The position numbers were made by a program, and so were the translations under genes. The notes under the pieces are model-generated. The model had not been told where the DNA came from. It saw only the letters and a program-made list of their open reading frames with translations, and did not search any database. Positions 36,670 through 49,358 of a stretch of DNA of 64,000 nt are shown here, in pieces (within the stretch, counting starts at the first letter, position 1; each line of letters opens with the position of its first letter). The DNA lies in the NCBI RefSeq assembly GCF_963921235.1, contig NC_086097.1, positions 61,134,001-61,198,000 on the forward strand. Direction: 5' to 3'. This stretch comes from Mobula hypostoma. Lineage: Eukaryota.

Positions 36670-37440
36670 AAGTGAAACAAAAATTTCTGAAAATCAGTTG
36701 GAATTCATAGAGAGGGAAACAGAGTTAATATCTCTGGCAGATAAGCTTTCACTAGAACTCACAAGATGTTAGTTTTCTGCAGGAGTTTAATCTACTACTG
36801 AGTTATAAGAGCTACATTGTGTCCAGACAGGAGATGAGGTGCTTTTTCTCAAACCGTTCAACAAATGCTTGGGGAAATCAGTTCATCTTGTATCTAGGTA
36901 TGTGGAATCTCTTATGACTCAATATTAGATTCAACAATTTCACCAGACTTTCCTGGTAATGTTAAAAGAAGCCTATTCTTATGTCAGGCCTTTCACTTGT
37001 GACATGAATGTCTCTCTCCACAGCTGGTGCCTGATTTGCAGAGTACATACAGCCTTCTCTTTGACTTTAGATTTCATGAGCTACTGTCCTCTGCACCCCA
37101 TATTTCAAACACTTCTTTTTCTCTTTTCCCCTCATCAATTTCCCTCTATTTACACTCCTGCATATATATCAGCTGAATTTGATAAGCATACATCACCATC
37201 GCTTGATCAGAATCTAGTGTGTTTGTGTCTCCAGGGCAAATTTGGTTTCCCTGTCACAGGTTTTCTTATGTTAATTCTATGCCTTTTCTTAGCAAATGGC
37301 TTCTTGCTTTTCCAGTTTTGATGAAATATCATTGATCTAAGGTGTCAATTCTGTTTTCCCCTCTTCAGATGTTGTTTTATATGCTGAGTATCTCCAGCGA
37401 TATATGTATTTCTTTCAGATTTCCAAAATGCACAGTTCTT
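36670..37440. mobile_element. Highly decayed Penelope-like remnant with inverted pLTR arrangement
   Basis: 37316-37430 resembles a pLTR 3' end (tgatgaa..tcttcagatg..tgctgagtatctccagc). 36710-36760 resembles its reverse complement. 36795-36840 and 36878-36925 are loosely inverted. Confidence 0.45.
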
Positions 37441-38199
37441 TGTTTGAATTTCCATGGAGAAGGCATGTTTCCTCGGCATACAATCTTGCTCTTAATTTCT
37501 CCAACTCAGCTTCACTTAGCTTCAATGAAACATACCCTGGAAGTGATTCCTTTCATCCAGAGGTGTCTATTACTTGTGTTTGTATCCTTGTTCTGTGGAA
37601 AGCACACAAATGCCCACGTGTTGTATGGAAAAAAGTAATCAATTGCAATGAAGCGGTCTTGTTGATTTTATTTTGCTATTCTTTTTATCAACTCTACTGA
37701 ACCACTTCCAGATATGGATGTAACATCTTTTTGATCTTCTCCCTTGATTGTTCTGGTTCGGGTTCACATGTCTTTCTTGATTCATTGGTTTCAATGGCCT
37801 CATCTTAAGTTTGATAGCTTGCTGCAGAAGGTCACTACACACTGTTTCCAAGTCAATTTGAAATGTCACTGGTTACTTTTGTACCAACATCTTGGTGTAA
37901 ATATATTTAGTGTGAGTTTTCAGCAAAATTGACCATTGCTTTTATCTCTGTCCATTTATGCTTTACCGTGCCTGTTCCATGGATTTCCTGATCCTCTTTA
38001 TTGTGCACTGTCTGTGGAAATGATTTGGAATCCTTGTTGCACATGCATCTTCTAAAGTTATAGGACATTTTCATTTCAGTCTTTCTTGCCATGCACAATA
38101 CTTGCACACCTATGCTTGTTTGACCATCAGAACAGGGAGGAACCATTACGAACTCTCACATCTCCATGATGATCCTATCATTTAACTTTTTGAAGCTGA

Positions 38200-39825
38200 T
38201 ATGGGGGCTGCATTCAGAAGGGTGAATCCACAGGAAGCTTCCGGACTGAACAGGGTATTTGGCCATATATTAAAGACATGTGCTGACCAACTGTTTGGTG
38301 TGTTCACGAAAATTTTCAACCTCTCGCTTCACCAGTGTGTGGTACCAATCTGCTTCAAGCAGACTTAGATTATACTGGTGCCCAAGAAGAGCATGGTGAC
38401 CTGCCTCAATGATTATCACAGTTCCATGTTTATACACAGTAATGAAGTGTTTTGAGAGGTTGGTGATGATACATGTAAGCTCCTGCCTCAGAGGGACTTG
38501 GATCCATTTTGCCGACCAGAGCACCAGGACCACAGCAGATGCCATCTCATTAGCACTTCACTCAACCCTGGAACATCTGGAGAGCAAAGATACATACATC
38601 AGGATGCTCTTTATCAACTATAGCTCAGCATTCAATATCATCATTGCCTCCAATCTAATCAATAAGCTTCAGTACCTTCTTGTGCAATTGAATCCTGCAT
38701 TTCCTCACTTGTAGACCCCAGTCAGTTTAGATTGATAACAAAATCTCCTCCACAATCTCCATCAACACTGGTGCATCACAGGGCTTCGTGCTTAGCACCC
38801 TGCTCTACTCACTTTACACTTATGACTGTGTGACTAAGTACAACTCCAATGTCGTGGGCCCAATCAAAGGTGGTGATGAATCAGCATACAGAAGGGAGAC
38901 TGAAAACCTGGCTGAGTGTTGTTGTAACAATGGCCTCTCATTCAATGTCAGCAAGACCAAGGAACTGATTTAGACTTCAGATGAGGCAAACCAGAGGTCA
39001 TGAGCCAGTCCTCATCGGAGTATCAGAGATAGAGAGGGGTAACAACTTTAAGTTCCTGGGTGTTAATATTTCAGAGGCCCTGACCTGAACCCAGCACATA
39101 AGTGCAATGCAATGAAAGCATGACAGCTCCTCTACTTTTGTGAATAGTTGGCATAACACATAAAACTTTGGCAAATATATAGATGTGTAGTGGAGAGCAT
39201 ATTGACTGGCTGCATCACAGCCTCGTGTGGAAACACCAATACCCTTGAACAGAAAATCCTACAAAAAGTAATGGTTAGAGCCCTCCCGACCACTGAGCAC
39301 ATCTACGTGAAATAAGACCACAAGACAAAGGAGCAGAAGTCGGCCATTCGGTCCATCATGTCTGCTCCGCCATTTTATCATGAGCTGATCAAATACTGTT
39401 GTAGGAAAGTAGCATTCATCATCAGAGATCCCCACCACCCAGGTCATGCTCTCTTCTCACTGCTGCCATCAGGTACAAGGTACAAGAGCCTCAGAACCTG
39501 CACTATCAGTACAGTTACTATCCCTCAACCGTCAGGGTCTTGAATAAAATGGGATAAATACATTCAGCCTCACCTACCCCATCATTGAAATGTTCCCCAC
39601 AAACAGTGATCTCACTTTCAAGGACTCTTTGTCTCATTATCTCATTATTTATTGCTATGTTCATAATTTATTTGCATTTGCACAGTTTGTTGTGTTCTGC
39701 ATTTTGCCTGATCTTTCATTTATCCTGTTATAGTTACTAGTCTATAGATTGGCTGAGTATGCCCACAAGAAAATGAATATGCTGACTGATGTGTACTTTG
39801 ATAATGAAATTTACTTTGAGCTTTG
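38200..39825 (+). mobile_element. Degenerate Rex1/Babar-type LINE, with a small CR1 tail insertion at about 39312-39390
   Basis: [48 protein letters not shown]. Confidence 0.88.
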
Positions 39826-40911
39826 AACATCTAAGCAACCTTTCTACATTTTTTTTACCTTCTTCCTCATGTTTCACCTTATACAATTTCTGCCTTCAGC
39901 CAGTCAGCATTTCGACACTGGATCTGGACAGCTCAGGAACTTTGCATTTCTATATGCACTTTGCTAGTTATGCGCTTCATGTTCCCTTAGGCTGGATTCA
40001 TTATTTCTACAAAAAATCCAATCATTCTCTGATATGTGAGTACTTCAAATTTGTGAAAAGGTTAAATTTTAACCTATTTGTTTTATTAAGAGTATATCAA
40101 AGGGTTCTTCGTGCTCCTGATTGCAAGTAAAACAAAACAACTATTTCATTCTAGGTGGGTTGCACTATGCTTGTAAAGCATTTATTCATTCTGCAAGGTC
40201 TAATTCATAGGCTTTGTATTCTGGTACAAGTCTTTCCCCTTGTGGCCATAGAGATACAATAACATATTTGTTTTCATCTGCTCTAGCTTATTTGCCACAG
40301 CTAGTTCAATGTGTTCTGTAAACCCTTCCTTCAACTCTCTCCATTCTTTAGACAATTTAGTTTTTTTTCCCTGAAAATGCAGTGGCGTCTGTGGCTTTAT
40401 CTTTTTGCTTTGTTTACTATCAGTTGAATCACACAGTTCATTGACGCATTCATGTGTTACGACAAGTGGGAACGATCATATCTGCTATTCATTTTACAGA
40501 CTGAGACACAATCTTTCAATTTTCATAATTCTAATTAATAAGAATTTTCAACACCATGCTTCAGCATCTCCCTGATTTATTCTCTATGATATGAGAAATG
40601 CTTAATAATTTAACAAAGTTAATTCTTTAATGAAGAGTGCAGTAACTTCCAAAGCCTCTTTTTGTGTCTTGCAAGCAGAATTGCCTCTGCAATTTACTGC
40701 ATTAACATTATCGCAATTCTACCACAATAAGTCACAGAACGCTGGGGTGAGGAGTTAGGGTAACAATTGATATCCACAGATTGATATCATACATGGCGCA
40801 GGAAGGTCTCTGCAGACCAACAACAGTTTCAGCAAAAGACTGACAAAAAGGCTGTACAATGGTCTAAGTGGCCAAAATTCAGGTGGCATTTGAACATAAG
40901 GTTATAAGAAA

Positions 40912-41025
40912 TAGATAGATAGAAAATAGGTGCAGGAGTAGGCCATTCGGCCCTTCGAGCCTGCACCGCCATTCAGTATGATCATGGGTGATCATCCAAC
41001 TCAGAACCCTGCACCAGCCTTCCCT
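40912..41025 (-). mobile_element. Very short, young CR1 3' end
   Basis: (atag)n tail plus aggagtaggccattcggcccttcgagcctg, the CR1 3' stem-loop region, with CpGs retained. Confidence 0.75.
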
Positions 41026-42411
41026 AGCAGTAGGAGAGAATCTCTTGACTTATTGTGTCACTTCTGCAATTCTGTAATAAGGCAATATGGCTGAACATTT
41101 GACTCTAAGCTTTAATTCTATAATTTATTTACTATCTCCCTCTGCATCTGGAAGAGCCTAAATGAAAATACCACTCGTCTTCTTTTCAACAGCAAAGGGA
41201 TGCATCTCTATTAAATAAAATGTACTGAATTACCTTGTGATTACTGTTTTTCAAGTAAGAATTAAAAAATATAGAAACACTGGAGCAGATTTGTTCAGAC
41301 TCTGTCATATATCTAATAAAATGGAAATCAAATGCAAGGAATTAAATAGCCTTATGTTCCAATGTTCTCATTTGTACGTTTGTAATTGTTGTCAAGTAGA
41401 CCTATTTGATTTTTCCGTGGTTTTCAAATTTTGTTAATTCCTAATCACCTGTTTTGCATCTCTGTGTGGTTGTGATCAGTTATGTTGTGTTCAGAATAGC
41501 TGCCATATAAGCAACAACACAGTAATGACAGTGCTGACCCTGGAGAGAGAACACAGCATGATCCTGACAATAATTATCCTTTACTGCTCTTGTCATTTTC
41601 CCAATTAGTTCTGACCCAATAAGTTGTTCCATGATAACATTTATTTAGAACAAATTAATTTATTTGCGGTGATGGTGTGCAAGGAAAGGCTTGAATACTT
41701 GCTTTTTTTCCCCATATGTTTACCTCTATTCTCTTCTCCCAGACAAAGCTGTGCATGCGGTTGAAAAAACTTGAAGTCATCAGAGGTAACAAAGGTCATT
41801 TGATGCCAAAACTAATACAAATGCAGTCAAACTGTGTGTTTACAGCAGGAATTGAAACCTGTTCTTTGGGTACCTTCATCTATTGAACTTTACTCCAGTG
41901 TTAATGTTGAATCCAGTTCTATCCACTATCCAGGACACAAGATCTTAGGAATTACTTTTTCACTCATGCCATTGAAGGATTTTCTATCAACTACCTGAAT
42001 TTTGTATCCCCTACCTATCTACCACTGAAGTAAATTCTATTCATTTATTTATTGAGGTACAATGTGGAATAGGCCATTCCAGCTCCTTGAGCCACCCCAC
42101 CCAGCAACCTCAGATTTAACCCTAATCTAATCGGCAATTTACCATGACCAATTAACCTGGGGAACCTGGAAGAAACACACATTAGACTTGCATCAAAGAT
42201 CCTATTCTAAATACTATAAAATATCCTTTTAATATACTCTGCTGTTAGAAGAACAATGCTGCTATCTGTAACAGTTCCATGCAACTGAAATCTATAATCA
42301 CTATACCATTCTGGAAAAACTCCCGTCTATCCCCTCAAAAGCCAATAACTAAAATGATTATAATTTCCCACAGTATCCCAATCAAATGAGAAATATTTCT
42401 GATGTGTCATT

Positions 42412-43005
42412 AAGAACATAAAGAATAGGAACAGGAATGTGCCACCTGGTCCATTGTACCTGCTCTGCTAGGGTACCTTGACTGATCAGTCTGTGGGCTC
42501 TGCTCCACCTACCTGTCTTTTCCCCATCACCCTTAATTCCCCTGTTATGCCCAAATTTATCAAACTCTATCTTAAGTATATTGAATAAAATGGCTTCTAC
42601 AGCTTTCTTGGGCAGAGAATGACACAGATTCATTACTTTTAAGGGGAAAAGCACTTTCTTCTCACCTTCATCCTAAATCTTTTCCCTTGAATCTTGAGGC
42701 TATATCCCCTAGTTTTAGGTTCACTTACCAGTGGTATCAGCTTTCCTGCCTCTATCTTATCCACTGGTTTCATAATTCTTTATACTTTTTTAATATCCCA
42801 TCTCATTCTTCTGATTCCAGTGAACATAGTTTCAGGCAACTTAGACTCTTCATAGGCCAACCCCCTCATTTCTGGTGAACTTCCTCTGTACCACCTCCAA
42901 ATCCAATGTATCTTTCCTCAAGTAAGGAGACCAGAGTTGTGCACAGGATTCCAGGTGTGGCCTCACCAGTACCTGGCAGTTGCAGCACAACTTCCCTGCT
43001 CTTAA
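42412..43005 (-). mobile_element. CR1 LINE 3' fragment
   Basis: taagaacataaagaatagg tail; LVRPHLE-type region near 42950-42970. Confidence 0.8.
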
Positions 43006-45189
43006 ATTATTTTTTTAACAATATCTTGTTGAATTTTCCTCTTCTGTTCTTTTAAAGATACTGATAATAGAAATTTTTATTAATCTCCTATTAGCCATTA
43101 CTTGAGATCATAAAATTACTTATATCAGCAAAAATCTGGATTTAAAGTAAAAACCTTTCCATTAATTTTCTGACATTTTTTTTTTGCTTTCATTCTCTTC
43201 TTGCATAAAAGGACCAGTACAAAATGTTCTTAATTCCAAACTTAATTAGATTTCTAATGTGCACTTTAAACCAGCTAATTGGTTTGTCGAACTTTATGAT
43301 CTTCATAACTGACCTTTGCCAGTAAAGCATTTACAAATGTAAGAGCTGTCAATAAAGGGAATATTTTGTGGGTTTTCCTTTTAAGATCTGAAGATACAAA
43401 GTAAGTATAATGTTTCTGGTAGCGCATTGATGAGCAATAAGCAAGTCTGCTGAATTTCAATTGTTTTTACTCCTATCATAAGATACTTTCAGACAAAGGT
43501 ATAACCAATAATGGATTTCACCTTGCAGATTTAGATAAATTTAAATAATGGTGGTCAACTTCTGGAATTATCCTAAATAAAATGTTGTTTTTAACCACTT
43601 GCATCATTTTGTGTCAAAGACTAACAGGTTAAGGGGGCAGCCTATAAGTGTTGCCATGTTTCTGGTGACAACATAGCATTGCCACCAATCTAGTTCAACA
43701 ATTACCTGTGATTTACCAATTTACCATCAATTTTTAAAGGTGACACAAAATATTGAAAGGTAAGATAGAAAGTGGATTTGTTTTGATTAATGTTGATGGA
43801 GCCTAATTTTTACTTTTGTTCTTGTACACTTAGAGTTACATTATTGATATTGGGTGATATAGGAGCATCTCATAGAGTGCTCTCAATCCTTTCAATTGAA
43901 TCAGAACAGATTGTTTGCATTAAGGCAAAAGGTACTTGAGATAGGACTAATGATAAATAAAGATTTATTTAACACATGTTTTTTAATACAAAAGCATAAA
44001 GCTTCAAGCCATGATTCTTCAGCACATAGCAACCACCTAAATGAAGATGAACTGCTCAATATCAATGACGTCACAGAAGTAAAACCCCAACGTAAATTTC
44101 TGTCCGAGTCTCATTTCAATCACACCTCAACAAACATCTGACAAAATAAGAAGGGAAAATTTCTAATTGGATTAGAACCTGATAATGTCAGGATCTGATC
44201 TACTTGACAGCAATAACACCAAACTAGACAAGGTCAGAGAATGGCAAGCATGATTCAGTTGTACTTTTCAAAAATACACCCAAATGCCTGCCCTGTGGCA
44301 TTGATCTGTAATGATATTTTTTGTAAGCATCATGTTAAAAGGGCTGTTAGATATTTCTGCAGGCTTAATTTCTTTCACTATAATCTCTTCTAAAGATAAT
44401 CCACATCCCTAAAGGGGCAGATTTGCCTTGGCTGGAGGAAGCATCGTCCACGATGCAGAAAGTTAATCATGCCCGGAGTAGATATCCAGTGTAAAATGGG
44501 GGAAAGCAGCTGCAAGGTTTTCAATTGTTGCAACAAAAGCTTCAGAAAAGAGGGAAAGTAGGAGGGCTGTCCTTTTTCCAGATGTCTGTGTGACCTTTAG
44601 ATGTGCACTCAACACCCAGTGAGAACTGACAGCAATAGAGGACCATATCAGAAATCAGGCCCTAAGAACCTTTTCACAGTGTCATAAGCTGATGATCTCA
44701 CAAGTGTTTGGCAGTGATTGTAACTTTAAATATGACAACCTACCAACCATACCAATACCAAAGCAGAATGCTCAATACACTACGTCCTTATCATCCACCT
44801 ACTAACAATGTTTATTGATCAAGTATTATATCAATATTCTAGTACTTCATTGCAATCTCACACACATTGCTCTGCAGTTTGCATCACATTTCATAGCCTG
44901 GACACCTCTCCGTCTCTACCTTTTCCCTCTGAGGAGTAGATAGTGATCTGTCACCTGTCATTTCATCCATCCCCTTGTTGTTAACCAACGGTTTGCCAGC
45001 CCAGAGTGTATTCTCTTGGTATCGAGGGCAACAATCTACATCAGCTCTTCTCAGTGCATAGCAGCTTCAGGTTGTCCTCTAACACTTGCAACCTTCTTTG
45101 CAAATCACCAGCCTTCCACGAACCATACACATGAAGCACAGCCACTAGCGATGCACAAAAGAATAATCAGCTGATTTATCTTTGTAAAT

Positions 45190-45295
45190 CTGATGAAGGG
45201 TCTCACTCCTGAAATGTTAATTCTGCTTCACTTTCCTCAAATTCTGCCTGATTTGTTGAGTGTTTAAGAACATTTTCTGTTTTTGTTTCAGATTA
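45190..45295 (+). mobile_element. Decayed Penelope pLTR 3' end with a degenerate hammerhead motif
   Basis: ctgatgaagggtctcactcctgaaatgtt...tgcctgatttgttgagtg..cattttctgtttttg. Confidence 0.6.
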
Positions 45296-47871
45296 TTTGT
45301 TGTGACCAAGTTGGATTGCATTTGTGACATGGACTGGAATATTTTGTGTTGGTCGGAGATGTGACAGTCAGCAAAAGGGGTGTATGGGAACGTCTTTAAA
45401 AGGTTAGTGAAATAAAAATGAGGTATTGATTGCAGGTATCAGGTTAACATTTAATTCTCAGTCTCATTAGAAACTATCATCTGCTGCCTTCCTTTTTTCC
45501 CCTTTATTCTCCTGCACATTCTCTGTCCCAGTGCTGAATGCCATAGAGCTGTACAGTACAAAAAAAGGCCCTTTGGCCCAACATGCATCTCGACAAAATT
45601 GTCAAACTGAGCATTTGTCTGTATTTGGCCATAAAAATTTCCTATCCATGTATCTGTCCAAATGTCTTTAATTGCGTAATTGTATCCAACACTACCACTT
45701 ATGCTGGAACTTCATTTCATATACTCATCTTTCTCAGTGTGAAAAAAATGACCCTGAGATGGAATCATGGACTCACAGAACACTACAGTGCAGGAGCAAA
45801 GCCTTTAGTCCATCTGATCCATGCCAACGCAGTAATCTGCCAAGGCCCATCGACCTGCACCCCGACCATAGCCCACCATACTCCTCCCCTCCATGTAACT
45901 AAACAAATTTCTCTGAAATGCTGATGTCAAACCCGCATCCACCACTTAAGCTGACAGCTCGTTCCACACTCTCACCGGCCTCTATTTGAAGAGGCTCCCC
46001 CACCATTTTCCCCTTAAACATTTCACCTTCCACCCTTAACCCATGACCTGTAGTTGTAGTGTCACCCAACTTCAGTGGAAAAACCCTGCTGCAATTACTC
46101 TATCTTTACTCCTCATAATTTTGTAATTCCATTAAATCTCCCCGCATTCTTATACACTGCAGGGAATAAAGTTCTAAACTATTCAATCTTTTCCTATAAC
46201 TCTCGTCCACAAGTCCTGGAAACTTCCTTGTAAATTTTCTCTGCACATCTTCAAACTTATTGACATCTTTCCTCTAGGTGATGAACAAAACTGCACACAG
46301 TAGGCCACACCAAGGTCTTAGACAACTTCAACATAGCATCTCAACTCTGGTACACAATATGTTGATTTATGAAGGCCAATGTGCCGAAAGTTTTCATTAT
46401 GGCCATGTCTACCTGGGACACCACTTCCAATGAATTATGGACCTGTATTTCTAGATCCCTTAGATCTACCACACTCCCCAGTGCCCTACCACTCACTGTG
46501 TATGACCTACCTTGGTTTGTCCTCCTGAAGTGCAACACCTGTCACTTGTCTGCATTAAATACCATCTGTCATTCTTCAGCCCATTTTCCAGCTGGTCCAG
46601 ATCATGCTGTATGCTATGATTGTCTTCCTCGCTGTCCACTACACTCCCAATCTTGGTGTCATCTGCACATTCGGCAATTCAGTTTACAACATTATCATCC
46701 AGATTATTGATACAGATGACAAACAACAATCAACACAGCACTGATCCCTGGAAACTTCACTCATCATAAGCCTCCAGTTAGAAAAGAAACCATCTAATAC
46801 CATTCTCTGGCTTCCCCCATGAAGCCCATTTTCTATCTTATCTTGAATGCCAAGTGAGTGAACCTTCTTGACCCATATCTTATGCAGGACCTTGTCAAAT
46901 ACCTTACTAAAGTCTATGACACAGCATCCACTGCCTTGACTTCATCAACATTCCTGGTAACTTCCTCGAAACCCTCTATAATATTGATTAATCATGACCT
47001 ACAATTCACAAAGCCACGTTGACTATCCCTAATCATTCCCTGTCTATCCAAATAATTATATATATCCAGTCCCTGAGAATACCTTCTCATAACTTACATC
47101 AGGCTCGCCAGCCTATGATCTACTGGCTTAAGATCTTTCTCAAACAATGAAACAGCATCAGCTGTCCTCCAATCCTCCATCTCAACCAGGGCTAAGGATG
47201 CTTTAAATATGTCTGCTAGGGAGCCTGCATTACTGCACTTGCCCTTCACAATTTCTGAGGGTACACCTTGTCAGGCCTGGGGATTTATCCACACTAATTT
47301 GCCTCAAGAAAGCAAATTCTCCTCATCTGACACCTGTATGGGGTTCTTGACTTCATTGCTGCTATGCTTCACTTCTATAGACTCTAAGACCATCTCCCAA
47401 GTAAACAGAGATACAAAAAATCCATTTAAGATCTCTCCATCTCCATTGGCTTCATGCATAGACAACCACTCTTTTCTTACCTGCCAGTCAACAGCTGTCC
47501 CTGCCATGCTGGTCACAGATTTTCCCTTTTGTAGGATGTGACAGCTTCTTCCATTGACTGGCTCTCTCAGTCCCAGCTTCTGGTATTAGGCACCCTAGCA
47601 GTATAAGAATAGTGTGGGTGCGATGCTCTGTGTCCTTTTACTAGTGACTCCCTTCAGACTGGTTCATGACCATGGCTGAACCATTGGGAAAGGTGCGGCA
47701 GATAGGAGGACCAATGCATACAATTAGATAAGTGTCAGTTTGTTGAATGTTCAGTGCTGTGGTTGTGTAACTTGGGATTTAACAAAGTACCTGTTAGAGT
47801 TCAAAGTATTATTCAATGTTTAGTGCTGTAGTTTTGTAACAAGAGGCTTAGATAAGTACTTGTTTCACCTA

Positions 47872-49232
47872 CATGTCACTCCACTCTTTAAGAAGGGAGG
47901 AAGCCAAAAGAAAGTATATTATAGGCCACTTAGCCTAACCTCAGTGGTTGGGAAAGCATTGGAATCCATTATTAAGGATGAAGATTCAGGGTACTTGGAG
48001 ACTAAAGCTAAGTCAAAGTCAACGAGGTTTCTGTAAAGGGAAATCTTGCCAGACAAATCTGTTAGAGTTTTTCGAGGAAATAACAACCAGAGTGGATATG
48101 GAAGAGGCAATGGATGTCACTTCCGTGGATTTTCAGAAGGCATTCGATAAGGTGCCACACGTGAGACTGCATCCATGGCATTACAGGAAAAATACTGGCA
48201 GGGATAGAGGAATGGCTGAGAGAAAGGAGGCAGGGAGTGGGAATAAAAGGGGCCTTTTCTGGTTGTTTGCCAGTAACTAGCTGTGTTCGTCAGGAGTCAG
48301 TATTGGGACGACTACCTTTCACATTGTTTGTCAATGATTTAGATAATGGAATTGATGGCTTTGTGTAAAGGTTTGCAGATGATATGAAGAAAGGTGGAGG
48401 GGTAAGTGTTGAGGAAGCAATGTGATTGCAGAAGGCTTAGACAATTTGGAAGAATGGACAAAAAGTAGCAGATGAAATACTGTGTTGGGACATGCATGAT
48501 AATGCATTTTGGTAAAAGGAACAGAAGTGCAGACTATTATCTAAATGGGGAGAAAATTCAAACATCAGAGGTGCAAAGCAACTTGAAAGTCCTCTTGAAA
48601 GTCTCCCAGAAGGTTAATTTACAGGTTGAGTCTGTGGTAAAGAAAGGGAATAGAATATAAAAACAAGGAGATAATGTCGAGTCTTTATAAGACACTGGCC
48701 AGGCCGCACTTGGAGTTTTGTCAACAGTTTTGGGCCCCAAATCTCAGAAAGAATATGTTCTCATTGGAGATAGTCCAGAGGAAGCTCACAAGGATAATTC
48801 CGAAAATAAAGGGGTTAACTTATGAGGAGCATTTGGCAGCTTTGGGTCTGTACTCAGTGGAATTTGGAAGAAAGTGGGGGGAATCTCATTGAAACCTACA
48901 AAATGTTGAAAGGACTAGGAAAGGATGTTTCCTATGGTGGAGAACTAGGGGACACAGCCTCAAAATTAAGTGATGACACTTTCCAACAGAGTTTAAGAGG
49001 ATTTTTTTTTTGCCAGAGAGTAGTGAATCTGTGGAATGCTCTGCCACAGACAGCTATGGAAGTATAGACCCTGGGAATATTTTAAATGGAAATTGATAGT
49101 TTCCTGATTGGTCAGGTTATGGTGAGAAGGGAGGTGTATGGGGTTGAGCGGAATCTGGGATCAGCCATGATGGAATAGTGGAGCAGACTTGATGGGCTGA
49201 ATGGCCTAATTCTGTTCCTATATCTTAGGGTC
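47872..49232 (+). mobile_element. CR1 LINE inserted into the ERV 5' LTR
   Basis: DFQKAFDKVPH, FADD and LARPHLEFCQQFW motifs. LTR similarity resumes at tagatgcttg (about 49234). Confidence 0.92.
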
Positions 49233-49340
49233 TTAGATGCTTGGTTGAGTGTTTCTTTGTTTGTAAATAAATAGTTAATGTGCTGACTTGGATTCAATGT
49301 CTTCTGTCCCACTTACTGAATCTGCAAATCTGCTTCCATT

Positions 49341-49358
49341 TGGCATAGTGAGCAAGAT
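49341..49358 (+). promoter_or_regulatory. Primer-binding site, tRNA-Ser-like
   Basis: TGGCATAGTGAGCAAGAT matches 14/18 of TGGCGTAGTCGGCAGGAT (complement of the tRNA-Ser 3' end). It starts 2 nt after the LTR terminal CA. Confidence 0.7.

Noticed and set aside
41742..41784. Plus-strand 43-nt micro-exon candidate after a polypyrimidine tract
   Set aside because: Isolated, weak donor, no partner exons or homology.
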